A DNA stretch of 64,000 nt from a virus (taxonomy: Duplodnaviria; Caudoviricetes), in the IMG/VR virus record IMGVR_UViG_3300003316_000301, positions 32,001-96,000 of that record, one strand, 5' to 3'. This document shows positions 10,302 to 18,096 of the stretch, in pieces (the stretch's first letter is position 1; the number at the start of each line of letters is the position of its first letter). Position numbers and translations under genes: made by a program. The notes beneath the pieces were generated by a model that was not told where the DNA came from, did not search any database, and was given only the letters and a program-made list of their open reading frames with translations.

Positions 10302-10308
10302 CTGTTCC

Positions 10309-12462
10309 TCACTTTCCCTGACGCTCGGCCAGCAGACCCGCCTGGACACGCTGACGGAAGGCCAGGGCCTGCTTGCCCATGGCCTGGTTGGTGGTCGACA
10401 TGTGCCCGCCGCCGATCAGGGCGTCTGCGGGACTCGCGGGAGACTGTCCCACACCGGGGACGACCGGCGTACCGAAGGGCTCCGCGCCGTTGTAGGGGCT
10501 CGGGCCGCCCGGAGCTGCCGCGTTCTGCTCTCCCACCAGGGGACCGGGGCGCCCGGGGCCGTTGATCGGTGTGGAGCCGTCGGCGGCCGGAGAGGTGTTG
10601 GGCGCCATGGTCGGCAGGTCCATCGAGGTGGACGCGGTGAGGTACATCCCGTTGGAGGGCACCTCGTTCTTGGAGACCACGTGCGCCGTGACCGCCTTGT
10701 GCGTGTCCACCCGCTGGCCCAGCTTCGGCCAGTTCGCCGCAGCCGTACGGTGCGCCTCCACGAACGCCCGCTGGTGTTCGGGGTTGTCGGAGATGCCCGC
10801 GTACAGGCCCGCTTCGAAGTCCGCCGAGCCCGTGGAGACCAGGCGCGTGCCCGGGGTCCAGCGGGAGCCGTAGCCGTAGCCCTTGCGGAAGTCGGGGCGC
10901 TCCCGCTCGGCCGCCGTGACGATCAGCGAGGAGACCTTGGCCCCCGCGTGGGTCACACCGTTGCCGGGGCCCGCCACCGAGGCCGGGGTGTTCTGCGGGA
11001 CACCGGCCGTCTGGTCCACCGAGGAGTAGCCCTCGGCGTACTGCTGTGCGGGCGCAGGAACGCTTGCCGAGTCGTCCCCGAAGGTCGGGGCCGCGTGGGC
11101 GCTGGCGTCGCTCCTACCGGCCGCCTGGCCCCCTCCGGCGGACGCCGGGGGCGGAGTGGTCGCCGGGCTGTTGGCCACCGGCAGACCCGTGGGGGTCGGG
11201 TGGGGCGCGTCGGAGCCGCCGAACATGTCGGCCTGCTTCTTCACCGCCGCCTTGGGAGCGGCAGGCTGGGCGTTGCCCGTGCCGTTGGTGGTCCACTCCG
11301 GCTGGAACTCCTCGTCCAGCGGGAAGGCCACGTCCTGCGGGATCGGGCTCGGCGCGTGGGGCTGGTTGTTCGCGTCTACGGTCTCCTGGATCTGCGGAAG
11401 CCCGGACGCGGCCTCCTTACGCTCTTTTCCCTGACCACCGGCCTTGGCTCGGGCCTGGAGGTAGTCGTCCATCGAGAAGGCGTAGCCGATGGCCGGGGAG
11501 GGGGCGTCGATCAGCGAGCCCTGGTGACGCGGACCGGTACCGGCGCCGCCCTCGGGGGTCGGGCCCTGGCCGTACGACAGGGGCGCGGCGGAGTCCTGCT
11601 GCATCCCCTGCGGAGGGGACCAGGACAGCTCGTCGCCGGTGGAGTGGCCGCCGGGCTTCTCCGGGGCACCGGAGTCCGCTCCGGAGCCGCCGTTGACGAT
11701 CTCCTGGAGCAGCGGGTTGCGCTCGGAGGTCTCGGTGCCGGAGACGCCCGCGTTGATGGGGTCGACCTCGGGGGCGAAGTTGTCGAAGACCTCGGTCGGG
11801 AGCGGCGTGGTCTTCGGCGAGTTGTTGGGGTCGATCGTCTGCTGGATCTGGTCCAGGCCCGAGGCCGCCTGCGCCCGCAGGAAGGCCGCGTAGTCGACGA
11901 ACGCCTTCTTGGCCGCCTCCGCCCGGGTGCCGTACTGACCGGCCAGGGAACGGGCCTTGCCCTCCGCCTGGATGCCGAACTCCTCGGCGTCGGCCTTCAC
12001 GAAGTCGGGGGTGCGGCCGAACCATGCGGCGGCCTCAGCCACCATGCGGTTCTGCCACTGCGGGTCCACGCTCGCCTCGTAGGCGAGCCAGTCCGTGGCC
12101 GCCGTGTGGTGCTCGTGGACGCGGACCGGGGTGAGGGTCTCCCCCACCACGGTGTTCGCGAGGTCCAGCTCACGGGCCTGGGCCGCCTCGGCACGGACGC
12201 CACGGTCGAACTTCTCCAGCTCGTCCAGCAGTCGCGCCTGCTCGGCCAGGCTCGAAGCCTTGTTCACGGCGCGGACGAGTTCAGCGCGCTTCTGCACGTC
12301 TCCTCCTGCGGTGGCCCGCCGCTGTCGGCGCCGGACCTTGCGGTCTTCGGGCGAGGGATTGACCCGGACCCTGGTGGTCCGGTCCCGCATGGGCTCCTGA
12401 ACGCGAGAGCCCCACTGTCCCTGCTGGAACAGCCAGTACTCGTCCTCGTCCGTCTCGTCCAT
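10309..12462 (-). CDS. Large P/G/A-rich head-region protein with internal repeat
   Basis: Repeat AASGLDQIQQTIDPNN / AASGLPQIQETVDANN; alternative GTG start at 12297 after AGGAGGAG. Confidence 0.65.
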   Translation of the reverse strand: MDETDEDEYWLFQQGQWGSRVQEPMRDRTTRVRVNPSPEDRKVRRRQRRATAGGDVQKRAELVRAVNKASSLAEQARLLDELEKFDRGVRAEAAQARELDLANTVVGETLTPVRVHEHHTAATDWLAYEASVDPQWQNRMVAEAAAWFGRTPDFVKADAEEFGIQAEGKARSLAGQYGTRAEAAKKAFVDYAAFLRAQAASGLDQIQQTIDPNNSPKTTPLPTEVFDNFAPEVDPINAGVSGTETSERNPLLQEIVNGGSGADSGAPEKPGGHSTGDELSWSPPQGMQQDSAAPLSYGQGPTPEGGAGTGPRHQGSLIDAPSPAIGYAFSMDDYLQARAKAGGQGKERKEAASGLPQIQETVDANNQPHAPSPIPQDVAFPLDEEFQPEWTTNGTGNAQPAAPKAAVKKQADMFGGSDAPHPTPTGLPVANSPATTPPPASAGGGQAAGRSDASAHAAPTFGDDSASVPAPAQQYAEGYSSVDQTAGVPQNTPASVAGPGNGVTHAGAKVSSLIVTAAERERPDFRKGYGYGSRWTPGTRLVSTGSADFEAGLYAGISDNPEHQRAFVEAHRTAAANWPKLGQRVDTHKAVTAHVVSKNEVPSNGMYLTASTSMDLPTMAPNTSPAADGSTPINGPGRPGPLVGEQNAAAPGGPSPYNGAEPFGTPVVPGVGQSPASPADALIGGGHMSTTNQAMGKQALAFRQRVQAGLLAERQGK

Positions 12463-12574
12463 GCGCTCCCTCCACCCCTTCGCCGGGAACAGGGCCTACA
12501 GGACAGCAAGAAGCCCCTCTCCGCTCCTGCCGTGCGGTGAGGGGCTCCCAGGGCCCAACCTGTTCCCGGAGAGC

Positions 12575-13150
12575 TTACGTGAGCCTGTAGCGGCTCTCGG
12601 TCGGCCCCCGCTGGCCGCAGTAGTGGCCCGTCTTGGTGTAGTCCCGCTCGGGGGCGCTCACGGGCTCGAAGACGATCTGGGCGATCGGCATGTCCGGGTA
12701 GAGCACGATGCCCCACGGGGCGAGGTTGGCGATCTCCAGCGTGATCTGGCCCTCGAAGCCGGGGTCAATGAATCCGGCGGTGATGTGGACGGCCAGGCCC
12801 AGACGGCCGAGGGAGGACTTGCCCTCCACGCGGGCGGCCATGTGCGAGGACAGCTTCACGTACTCGTTCGTGCAGGCGAGCAGGAAGGTCGAGCCCTCCA
12901 TGCGCATCCCCCGCTCAGGGATCTGGCTCTGCTGGGTGTGCGTGTGCCAGGAGGGCACCATGCCGTAGTAGCCGGTGTCCTCCTCGGTCTTCATCCCGGG
13001 ATCGATGGTGTGAACGTCGTCCCGGGGGATGCGGATCTCTCCGGAGAGGGTGAGGTCGTAGGAGACCGGCTGGAGCCGGTCCTCGGCGAAGGGCTTGATC
13101 GAGAGGTAGTCCTCCTCGATCGCCTTGCGGATCTCGAAGTCAGCGAGCAC
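12575..13150 (-). CDS. dcd: dCTP deaminase
   Basis: LQPVSYDLTL, EGKSSLGRLGL, AGFIDPGFEGQITLE, IAQIVF, YCGQRGPT motifs. Confidence 0.95.
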   Translation of the reverse strand: MLADFEIRKAIEEDYLSIKPFAEDRLQPVSYDLTLSGEIRIPRDDVHTIDPGMKTEEDTGYYGMVPSWHTHTQQSQIPERGMRMEGSTFLLACTNEYVKLSSHMAARVEGKSSLGRLGLAVHITAGFIDPGFEGQITLEIANLAPWGIVLYPDMPIAQIVFEPVSAPERDYTKTGHYCGQRGPTESRYRLT

Positions 13151-13175
13151 GGTTTTTAAAATCCTCTCTGGCGGG

Positions 13176-13379
13176 TCAGCGCTGAGCGCGGTCGGCGATC
13201 AGCGCAAGGGCGGCCTTGCGGCTCTTACCGCCCTTGGGGGTCTGCGGGGCCCTCTCCGGCAGAGGATTGCCGGGCCAGCTCTGAGATGCCGTCGCGTTGG
13301 CGTGGAAGCCGTAACAGGGCTGCGGCTTGTCGCACAGTACGGCGGAGTCAGACGGGTTCGGAGCGAGACACAGCGCCAC
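13176..13379 (-). CDS. Small hypothetical protein
   Basis: Preceded by the window's recurrent GACTCCCCAGGAGG RBS motif. Confidence 0.55.
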   Translation of the reverse strand: MALCLAPNPSDSAVLCDKPQPCYGFHANATASQSWPGNPLPERAPQTPKGGKSRKAALALIADRAQR

Positions 13380-13536
13380 GGGCTACCTCCTGGGGAGTCA
13401 GGTTCGTCGCGACCACCTCTATGTGCTCGGCCGCGATGAAGATCTTGTCGGTGTCGGGAACGATCGCCGGGTCGGCCCCCTGAGCGATCAGGAGCCGGTC
13501 CACGGTCTTGAGCAGAACGTCGAGCATGCCGTCCAC
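13348..13536 (-). CDS. Small hypothetical protein
   Basis: GGAGG RBS; downstream of promoter repeat at 13573-13601. Confidence 0.5.
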   Translation of the reverse strand: MDGMLDVLLKTVDRLLIAQGADPAIVPDTDKIFIAAEHIEVVATNLTPQEVARGAVSRSEPV

Positions 13537-13572
13537 TGGGATGACCTCCGGTGTACAGGGAAGGTCACTCTG

Positions 13573-13601
13573 ACGCTACGCACAGAATCCTTGGAGTGCA
13601 A
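13573..13601 (-). promoter_or_regulatory. Repeated promoter copy (TTGCAC-17-TAGCGT)
   Basis: Spacer contains the TCCAAGGATTC operator-like core. Confidence 0.6.
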
Positions 13602-13700
13602 GATCCTTGGAGAGGGTGGCATATGCACCGGGGGCACAGGGGGCGCACAGGAGTACGGTACTCGGTTGCTCCAGGGTTGGTTGGTAGTGCATGATGGGGA

Positions 13701-13780
13701 TCAAGCCGATGCGAACGGCGGGGGTTCCTTCAAATCTGGATTGAAAAAGACACCTCCACCATCGAGTTCTCGGCCCTTGA
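13701..13780 (+). ncRNA. Y-RNA-like unit 1 (short, no tRNA module)
   Basis: Ends pair (TCAAG/CTTGA, GCCGA/TCGGC); GATGCGAA...GGGTTCCTTC...AGTTCTCG signature shared with units 2-5; upstream of TROVE gene. Confidence 0.7.
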
Positions 13781-13797
13781 CAACTCCATATCGCGGA

Positions 13798-13966
13798 ATG
13801 TGCTGAGCCGAGGGCCAACGATGCGAATGCGCGGGTTCCTTCTTAATCCGTGTGTCAGTGGTTCGAGTCCATTCACCGGATCCTCTCGGTGTAGCTCAGT
13901 CGGATAGAGCAACGGCTTCGCGTCCCTGCGCTGATGAAGTTCTCGTTGGGCCTCGCCTCAGCACAT
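13798..13966 (+). ncRNA. YrlA-like Y RNA unit 2 with circularly permuted tRNA module
   Basis: Long terminal stem ATGTGCTGAG.../...CTCAGCACAT; T-arm GGTTCGAGTCC precedes a loop-closed acceptor stem and D-arm TAGCTCAGTCGGATAGAGC. Confidence 0.85.
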
Positions 13967-13972
13967 CCCGAA

Positions 13973-14147
13973 CTGTCGTAGTGGTGGAAGATGCTCGATG
14001 CGAATGGTCGGGCTCCTTCAATTTGTCTCGAAAACAAATCACCAGAGGTTCGAATCCTCATGTGTCCCCTCGGGGGCATAGCTCGAAGGTATCGGGCACG
14101 GTCTCCTGACCTACCCAGTCCACGAGCATCTCCCAGCGCTACGACAG
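13973..14147 (+). ncRNA. YrlA-like Y RNA unit 3 with permuted tRNA module
   Basis: Terminal stem CTGTCGTAG/CTACGACAG; GATGCGAA motif; T-arm GAGGTTCGAATCCTC, then closed acceptor and D-like arm. Confidence 0.8.
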
Positions 14148-14158
14148 CGCATACGCAT

Positions 14159-14231
14159 CCTCCCGATGCGAAGGCGCGGGTTCCTTCGTTCCATACCGAA
14201 AACACCTGCGCCACCACCAGTTCACGGGAGG
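14159..14231 (+). ncRNA. Y-RNA-like unit 4 (short, no tRNA module)
   Basis: CCTCCCG/CGGGAGG terminal stem; GATGCGAA-GGCGCGGGT-TCCTTC...ACCTGCGCC...AGTTCACG. Confidence 0.7.
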
Positions 14232-14241
14232 GTCTTGCTCC

Positions 14242-14388
14242 GTGGCTGATGCGAAGACAGGGATTACTTCAACCCGGGAGCCTGAAGTCGCTGGTTCAAA
14301 TCCAGCCCCCGTGACTCTTCGCGGGGTAGCTCAGTCCGGTAGAGCGCAGGCCTTTAGAAACGTCTCCGTCATCTCAGTTCTCAGCCGC
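14242..14388 (+). ncRNA. YrlA-like Y RNA unit 5 with permuted tRNA module
   Basis: GTGGCTGA/TCAGCCGC terminal stem; T-arm GCTGGTTCAAATCCAGC, closed acceptor, D-arm TAGCTCAGTCCGGTAGAGC. Confidence 0.85.
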
Positions 14389-14394
14389 ACCGCC

Positions 14395-14424
14395 AAGCCC
14401 CTCCTGCCCGCCAGAGAGGGGCTT
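14395..14424 (+). promoter_or_regulatory. Hairpin covering the RBS of the TROVE gene (attenuator/terminator-like)
   Basis: AAGCCCCTC...GAGGGGCTT inverted repeat ending 4 nt before ATG 14429. Confidence 0.45.
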
Positions 14425-14428
14425 TCGC

Positions 14429-16147
14429 ATGTCCAAGTTCCAGGGAAAGACGGCCGCCAAGCGGTCCGGACCGGTCAGCGTGCAGACCACGGTGGCCGAG
14501 ACCAAGACGTACGAGGGCGGCGCGGGATATACCCGTGACGTCCGCTCCGAGCTGTTCAACCTCGCCGTCGTGAACATGGTGGGCGAGTCCACCTTCTACG
14601 AGTCGGCCGAGGACCGGGACAACCGCTACGCGGACCTGATCCGCCAGGTCGCCGTCACCGAGCCCGCGTGGCTCTACCGTTTCCTCGGATGGCTGCGGAA
14701 CAAGGCGAACATGCGCTCCGCCGCGCTGGTGGGCGGTGCCGAGGCCCTCAAGGCCCGGCTGGAGGCCGGTCTCACCGACCCCTTCGAGGTCGAGCGCTCC
14801 TGGATCGGCGACACCATCCGTGTCGGCAACAAGGACTTCGTCCCGCAGGTCATGGCCCGTGCGGACGAACCGGGCGAGTTCGTCGCCTACTGGGCCTCGA
14901 AGTGGGGCAACGTCCGGGAGATCAAGCCGGGCCGCTACTCCGCGCCGGTGCTGCCGATGGCGGTCAAGCGCGGGCTCCAGCTCGCCCTCAACGACCTCTT
15001 CGACGAGTACGCCTACCAGAAGTACGGGCGCGTGGAGGAGGGCTACTCCCTGGCCGACGTGGTGGAGCTGGCGCACCCGGCACCCAAGGACGACAAGCAG
15101 GGTGCTCTGTACCGGCATGCCCTCAACGAGCGGCACAACCGCAAGGCCGAGATCCCCTCCGAGCTGGTCATGCTCCAGCGGCGCAAGGAGATCATGGCCA
15201 TCCCGGTCGGTGAGCGGCGTGCGTTCCTGGAGCTGCCCACCTCGTCCGAGAAGCTCAAGGCGGCCGGGATCACCTGGGAGCAGCTCTCGGGCTGGCTCCA
15301 GGGCCCGCTGGACGCGGCCTTCTGGGAGAAGCTGATCTTCAGCGGTGCCCTGGGCTACATGGCCATGCTCCGCAACCTGGCGAACTTCGAGAAGGCCGGG
15401 ATCTCCAAGACGGCCCGCAAGCGGGTCCAGGAGCGCCTGAGCGACCCGACGGAGGTCCTGCGGTCCCGGCAGATGCCCTACCGCTTCCTGAGCGCGTACA
15501 GGGCCGTACAGAGCGACTGGTGGGGTGAGTGCCTCTCGGACGCCCTGGACGCGTCCCTGAGCAACCTGCCGCACCTGCCGGGCACAACCCTGGTCCTCGC
15601 GGACACCTCCATGTCCATGCGCGCTCCCGTCAGCGAGAAGTCCAGGGTCCACTACGCGGACGTCGCGGCTCTGTTCGCGGTGGCCATGGCCAAGGCGGGC
15701 GACAGCTCGGCCCTGTACGGGTTCGCCGACAGAGTCTTCGAGCACAAGCTCCCCCAGGGCGGCTCGGTGCTGCGGGGGATCGAGTCGTTCGTCCAGCGCA
15801 TCGGTGAGGTGGGCGGAGGCACCGAGACGGTCAAGGCGCTGAAGCAGACCTGGAACAAGGAGTTCAGCCGGGTCATCATCGTCACGGACATGCAGGCCTT
15901 CGCCGACTACAACTGGGCCCGCAACCAGACCATCTGGTACGCGGACCGGAACGTTCCCCAGGACACCACGGCGGTCTCCACGGCCGTCCCGGAGGACGTG
16001 GTCATGTACGGCGTCGGGGGTACCGGGTACGCGACGACGGGCTTCGACCTGTCCAAGCCGAACCGGTACGAGATCTCCGGCTTCTCCGACCAGGTCTTCA
16101 CCATGATGAGCCTGCTGGAGCGCGGGAACGGCGACTGGCCGTTCTGA
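14429..16147 (+). CDS. rsr: Ro60-related TROVE domain RNA-binding protein with C-terminal vWA domain
   Basis: TYEGGAGY, ESTFYES, RADEPGE, ITWEQLS, LGYMAMLRNLANF, SRQMPYRFLSAY, vWA DTSMSM and IIVTDMQ. Confidence 0.93.
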   Translation: MSKFQGKTAAKRSGPVSVQTTVAETKTYEGGAGYTRDVRSELFNLAVVNMVGESTFYESAEDRDNRYADLIRQVAVTEPAWLYRFLGWLRNKANMRSAALVGGAEALKARLEAGLTDPFEVERSWIGDTIRVGNKDFVPQVMARADEPGEFVAYWASKWGNVREIKPGRYSAPVLPMAVKRGLQLALNDLFDEYAYQKYGRVEEGYSLADVVELAHPAPKDDKQGALYRHALNERHNRKAEIPSELVMLQRRKEIMAIPVGERRAFLELPTSSEKLKAAGITWEQLSGWLQGPLDAAFWEKLIFSGALGYMAMLRNLANFEKAGISKTARKRVQERLSDPTEVLRSRQMPYRFLSAYRAVQSDWWGECLSDALDASLSNLPHLPGTTLVLADTSMSMRAPVSEKSRVHYADVAALFAVAMAKAGDSSALYGFADRVFEHKLPQGGSVLRGIESFVQRIGEVGGGTETVKALKQTWNKEFSRVIIVTDMQAFADYNWARNQTIWYADRNVPQDTTAVSTAVPEDVVMYGVGGTGYATTGFDLSKPNRYEISGFSDQVFTMMSLLERGNGDWPF

Positions 16148-16317
16148 TGTGCCTGCTCTGCACGGCCGACGAGGTCCCGCAGCCCGTACAGCACTGTCCG
16201 GTCTGCGGGTGCCCCATCGTGATCTACGACGGGGCGTACTTCTGCACCCTGGAGAAGTGCTGGTGCGAGGACCAGCCGGACGTGGGCGACTGGCACGCCC
16301 TGAGAGACAGCCCTTGA
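16147..16317 (+). CDS. Cys-rich 56-aa Zn-ribbon-like protein coupled to rsr
   Basis: TGATG overlap with rsr stop; MCLLC...HCPVCGCP...YFCTLEKCWC. Confidence 0.55.
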   Translation: MCLLCTADEVPQPVQHCPVCGCPIVIYDGAYFCTLEKCWCEDQPDVGDWHALRDSP

Positions 16318-16340
16318 TACCATCAGGGTGAACGGCAAAG

Positions 16341-16376
16341 CGAAGGCCCCCTCCACGGCGGTAGAGGGGGCCTTCG
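16341..16376. terminator. Hairpin terminator between convergent units
   Basis: CGAAGGCCCCCTC...GAGGGGGCCTTCG inverted repeat. Confidence 0.7.
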
Positions 16377-16382
16377 TGTGTG

Positions 16383-16541
16383 TCACTGACCGGCGGGGTC
16401 GTCGTCCGGGTCGTCCGAGCCGGTCCTCGGGTTCGTCGGGAGCTGTGCGGGCTGCCCCAGGGGCCGGGCAGCAGCCCGCGCCTGGGAGTCCTCGAACTGC
16501 TTGTCCAGGCTCTCGGCCTTCTCCTCCGGTGTCTTAGCCAT
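16383..16541 (-). CDS. Small hypothetical protein (52 aa)
   Basis: MAKTPEEKAESLDK..., GAGGAGG RBS. Confidence 0.5.
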   Translation of the reverse strand: MAKTPEEKAESLDKQFEDSQARAAARPLGQPAQLPTNPRTGSDDPDDDPAGQ

Positions 16542-16686
16542 CGTCGTCCTCCTCGTCGTTCTTCTGGTTGCTGCTGGCGGTCTCGTTCGGGAGGGGTGTC
16601 CCTCCCGCTGCCGTCACCCGGGCGGCCGTGTCGGCGTATAAGGCGTCGAAGTCGTCGCCCGGGTCACTGGGTCCTGCGTGCTTCAC
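16534..16686 (-). CDS. Small hypothetical protein (50 aa, one TTA codon)
   Basis: GAGGAG RBS, GTG start. Confidence 0.35.
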   Translation of the reverse strand: MKHAGPSDPGDDFDALYADTAARVTAAGGTPLPNETASSNQKNDEEDDDG

Positions 16687-16735
16687 TGCGAGTAACTCCT
16701 CAACTACTGGAGCGCCTCACTGTACTACAGCTTCT

Positions 16736-17287
16736 TCAGCGATTGCCACCCGGAGGCGGCCCTCCGTCGGGGAGCTTCTCGTCGCCTCCCTCGCCGGGAC
16801 GCTTCTCGTCCTTCTCGGTGCTCATGGTCACCTCCTCTCCCTTCCGGATGAACAGGAAGCCGGGACAGACGTTGCGCCGGGTCCAGTCGTCGTCGGCCCA
16901 CTTGTAGTAGCGCTCGCCGCAGGTGCAGTCGATCATCGGCTCGCCCGAGGCGAAGCCGTTGCGCTCATCCCGCACCGCATGATGGATCGGGCCGACGTAC
17001 CAGCGGCACCACATCCGGTGGCCCCGGCTCGCTTCCGAGCGCAGGCCCGGGTACATGTGGCGCATGCCGGGATGCACAGCCCCGCAGGAGCACCTCCCAC
17101 GGGGCCAGCGGGCCGAGACCTCACGGAGGTCGTACAAGGGCCGCACAACGGCGTTCCAGACGTTCTGAGCCGTCCTGGGGTCGTCCACGATCCGGCTCAG
17201 CAGGAACTTGGCGACCTCACGGTCCGGCACAAGCGGCCAGACCTCGTCGAGATCCGGACGCTCGTCCTTGATGGGGTGCTCCATCAC
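16736..17287 (-). CDS. Hypothetical Cys-containing protein
   Basis: ORF overlapping upstream stop. Confidence 0.55.
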   Translation of the reverse strand: MMEHPIKDERPDLDEVWPLVPDREVAKFLLSRIVDDPRTAQNVWNAVVRPLYDLREVSARWPRGRCSCGAVHPGMRHMYPGLRSEASRGHRMWCRWYVGPIHHAVRDERNGFASGEPMIDCTCGERYYKWADDDWTRRNVCPGFLFIRKGEEVTMSTEKDEKRPGEGGDEKLPDGGPPPGGNR

Positions 17288-18096
17288 CCGAGGATCACGC
17301 CCTCGCGGGCCGTGTTCTTGCCCCAGGTGGCATTGCGGCCGACCGTGGCGTTCTGGCCGATCTCAGCGGCGTTACGGCCCTGCTGGGCCGTGTTCTGGGC
17401 TCTGGTGCCCACCAGGGCGTCGTACTGCTCGATGCCCCAGCAGATGGCGCACAGGGCCCACAGGAACCACCAGTCGTACCCCTTGGACTGCTCGAACCAC
17501 TCCCACCACTCCTCGAAGTCGAAGTCCGGCTTGTGCCGGTAGTCGAACTCCTTGGAGGGGTCGAAGTAGAACTTGAAGTCCTCCAGGCACTGGACCGCGC
17601 CCTTCTCGTCGCAGGGGTACCCGGACTCGAAGATCTCGTTCTTCAGCTCCTCCCAGAGGCGCTCCACGTGCTCCTCGGGGATGATCTCCTGCTCGATTGC
17701 GTGCTCCACCTGCTCGCGCACGGCCTTCTCGAACAGCTCCTCCTGGTAGTGGATGACGCACTCGCGGTTGGAGGTGAGCTTCTCCCGGCAGTACGAGACG
17801 TCCATGTACTTGCCGCGCCACTGGCGCCCCCGGAAGAGCTTGAGCTGGTCGTCCGTGTTCGCCGAGAAGGTGAAGGACTCGCCGTCGCCCCGGAAGAACA
17901 GATTGCCCGGCGTGGTGATGATGTCGAACCAGTAGCCGCCGGAGGACTTGCTGCGGAAGCGCAGGTGCCGGTAGAGCTGCGGGTTCTCCTCGTCCTGGGA
18001 GAGGTCCATCAGGACCTCGATCTCGTGCCCGGCGGTCTCCCGCAGGAAGCGCTCGCGCGTCTCGGCGAACGCCTCCCGGGCGTCGTGGATGCTCAC
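17284..18096 (-). CDS. Conserved phage hypothetical protein
   Basis: GTGA overlap with Thg1 gene stop; YRHLRF...YWFDIITTPGNLFFRGD motif. Confidence 0.7.
   Translation of the reverse strand: MSIHDAREAFAETRERFLRETAGHEIEVLMDLSQDEENPQLYRHLRFRSKSSGGYWFDIITTPGNLFFRGDGESFTFSANTDDQLKLFRGRQWRGKYMDVSYCREKLTSNRECVIHYQEELFEKAVREQVEHAIEQEIIPEEHVERLWEELKNEIFESGYPCDEKGAVQCLEDFKFYFDPSKEFDYRHKPDFDFEEWWEWFEQSKGYDWWFLWALCAICWGIEQYDALVGTRAQNTAQQGRNAAEIGQNATVGRNATWGKNTAREGVILG

Noticed and set aside
644-12540. Long plus-strand ORFs (e.g. 644-2761, 3489-6128, 9400-12540) and similar ones throughout
   Set aside because: Antisense shadows of GC3-biased minus-strand genes; no RBS or domain motifs.
13840-14350. Apparent tRNA genes (GGTTCGAGTCC, TAGCTCAG motifs)
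   Set aside because: T-arm precedes D-arm and the acceptor stem is loop-closed, so these are permuted modules inside Y RNAs, not tRNAs.
13576-14592. Short ORFs on both strands across the Y-RNA array
   Set aside because: Atypical codon usage, no RBS; RNA structure explains the region better.
14381-15745. 454-aa minus-strand ORF
   Set aside because: Antisense shadow of the TROVE gene.
16534-16686. bldA-dependent control via a TTA codon
   Set aside because: A single TTA in a low-confidence 50-aa ORF is insufficient evidence.
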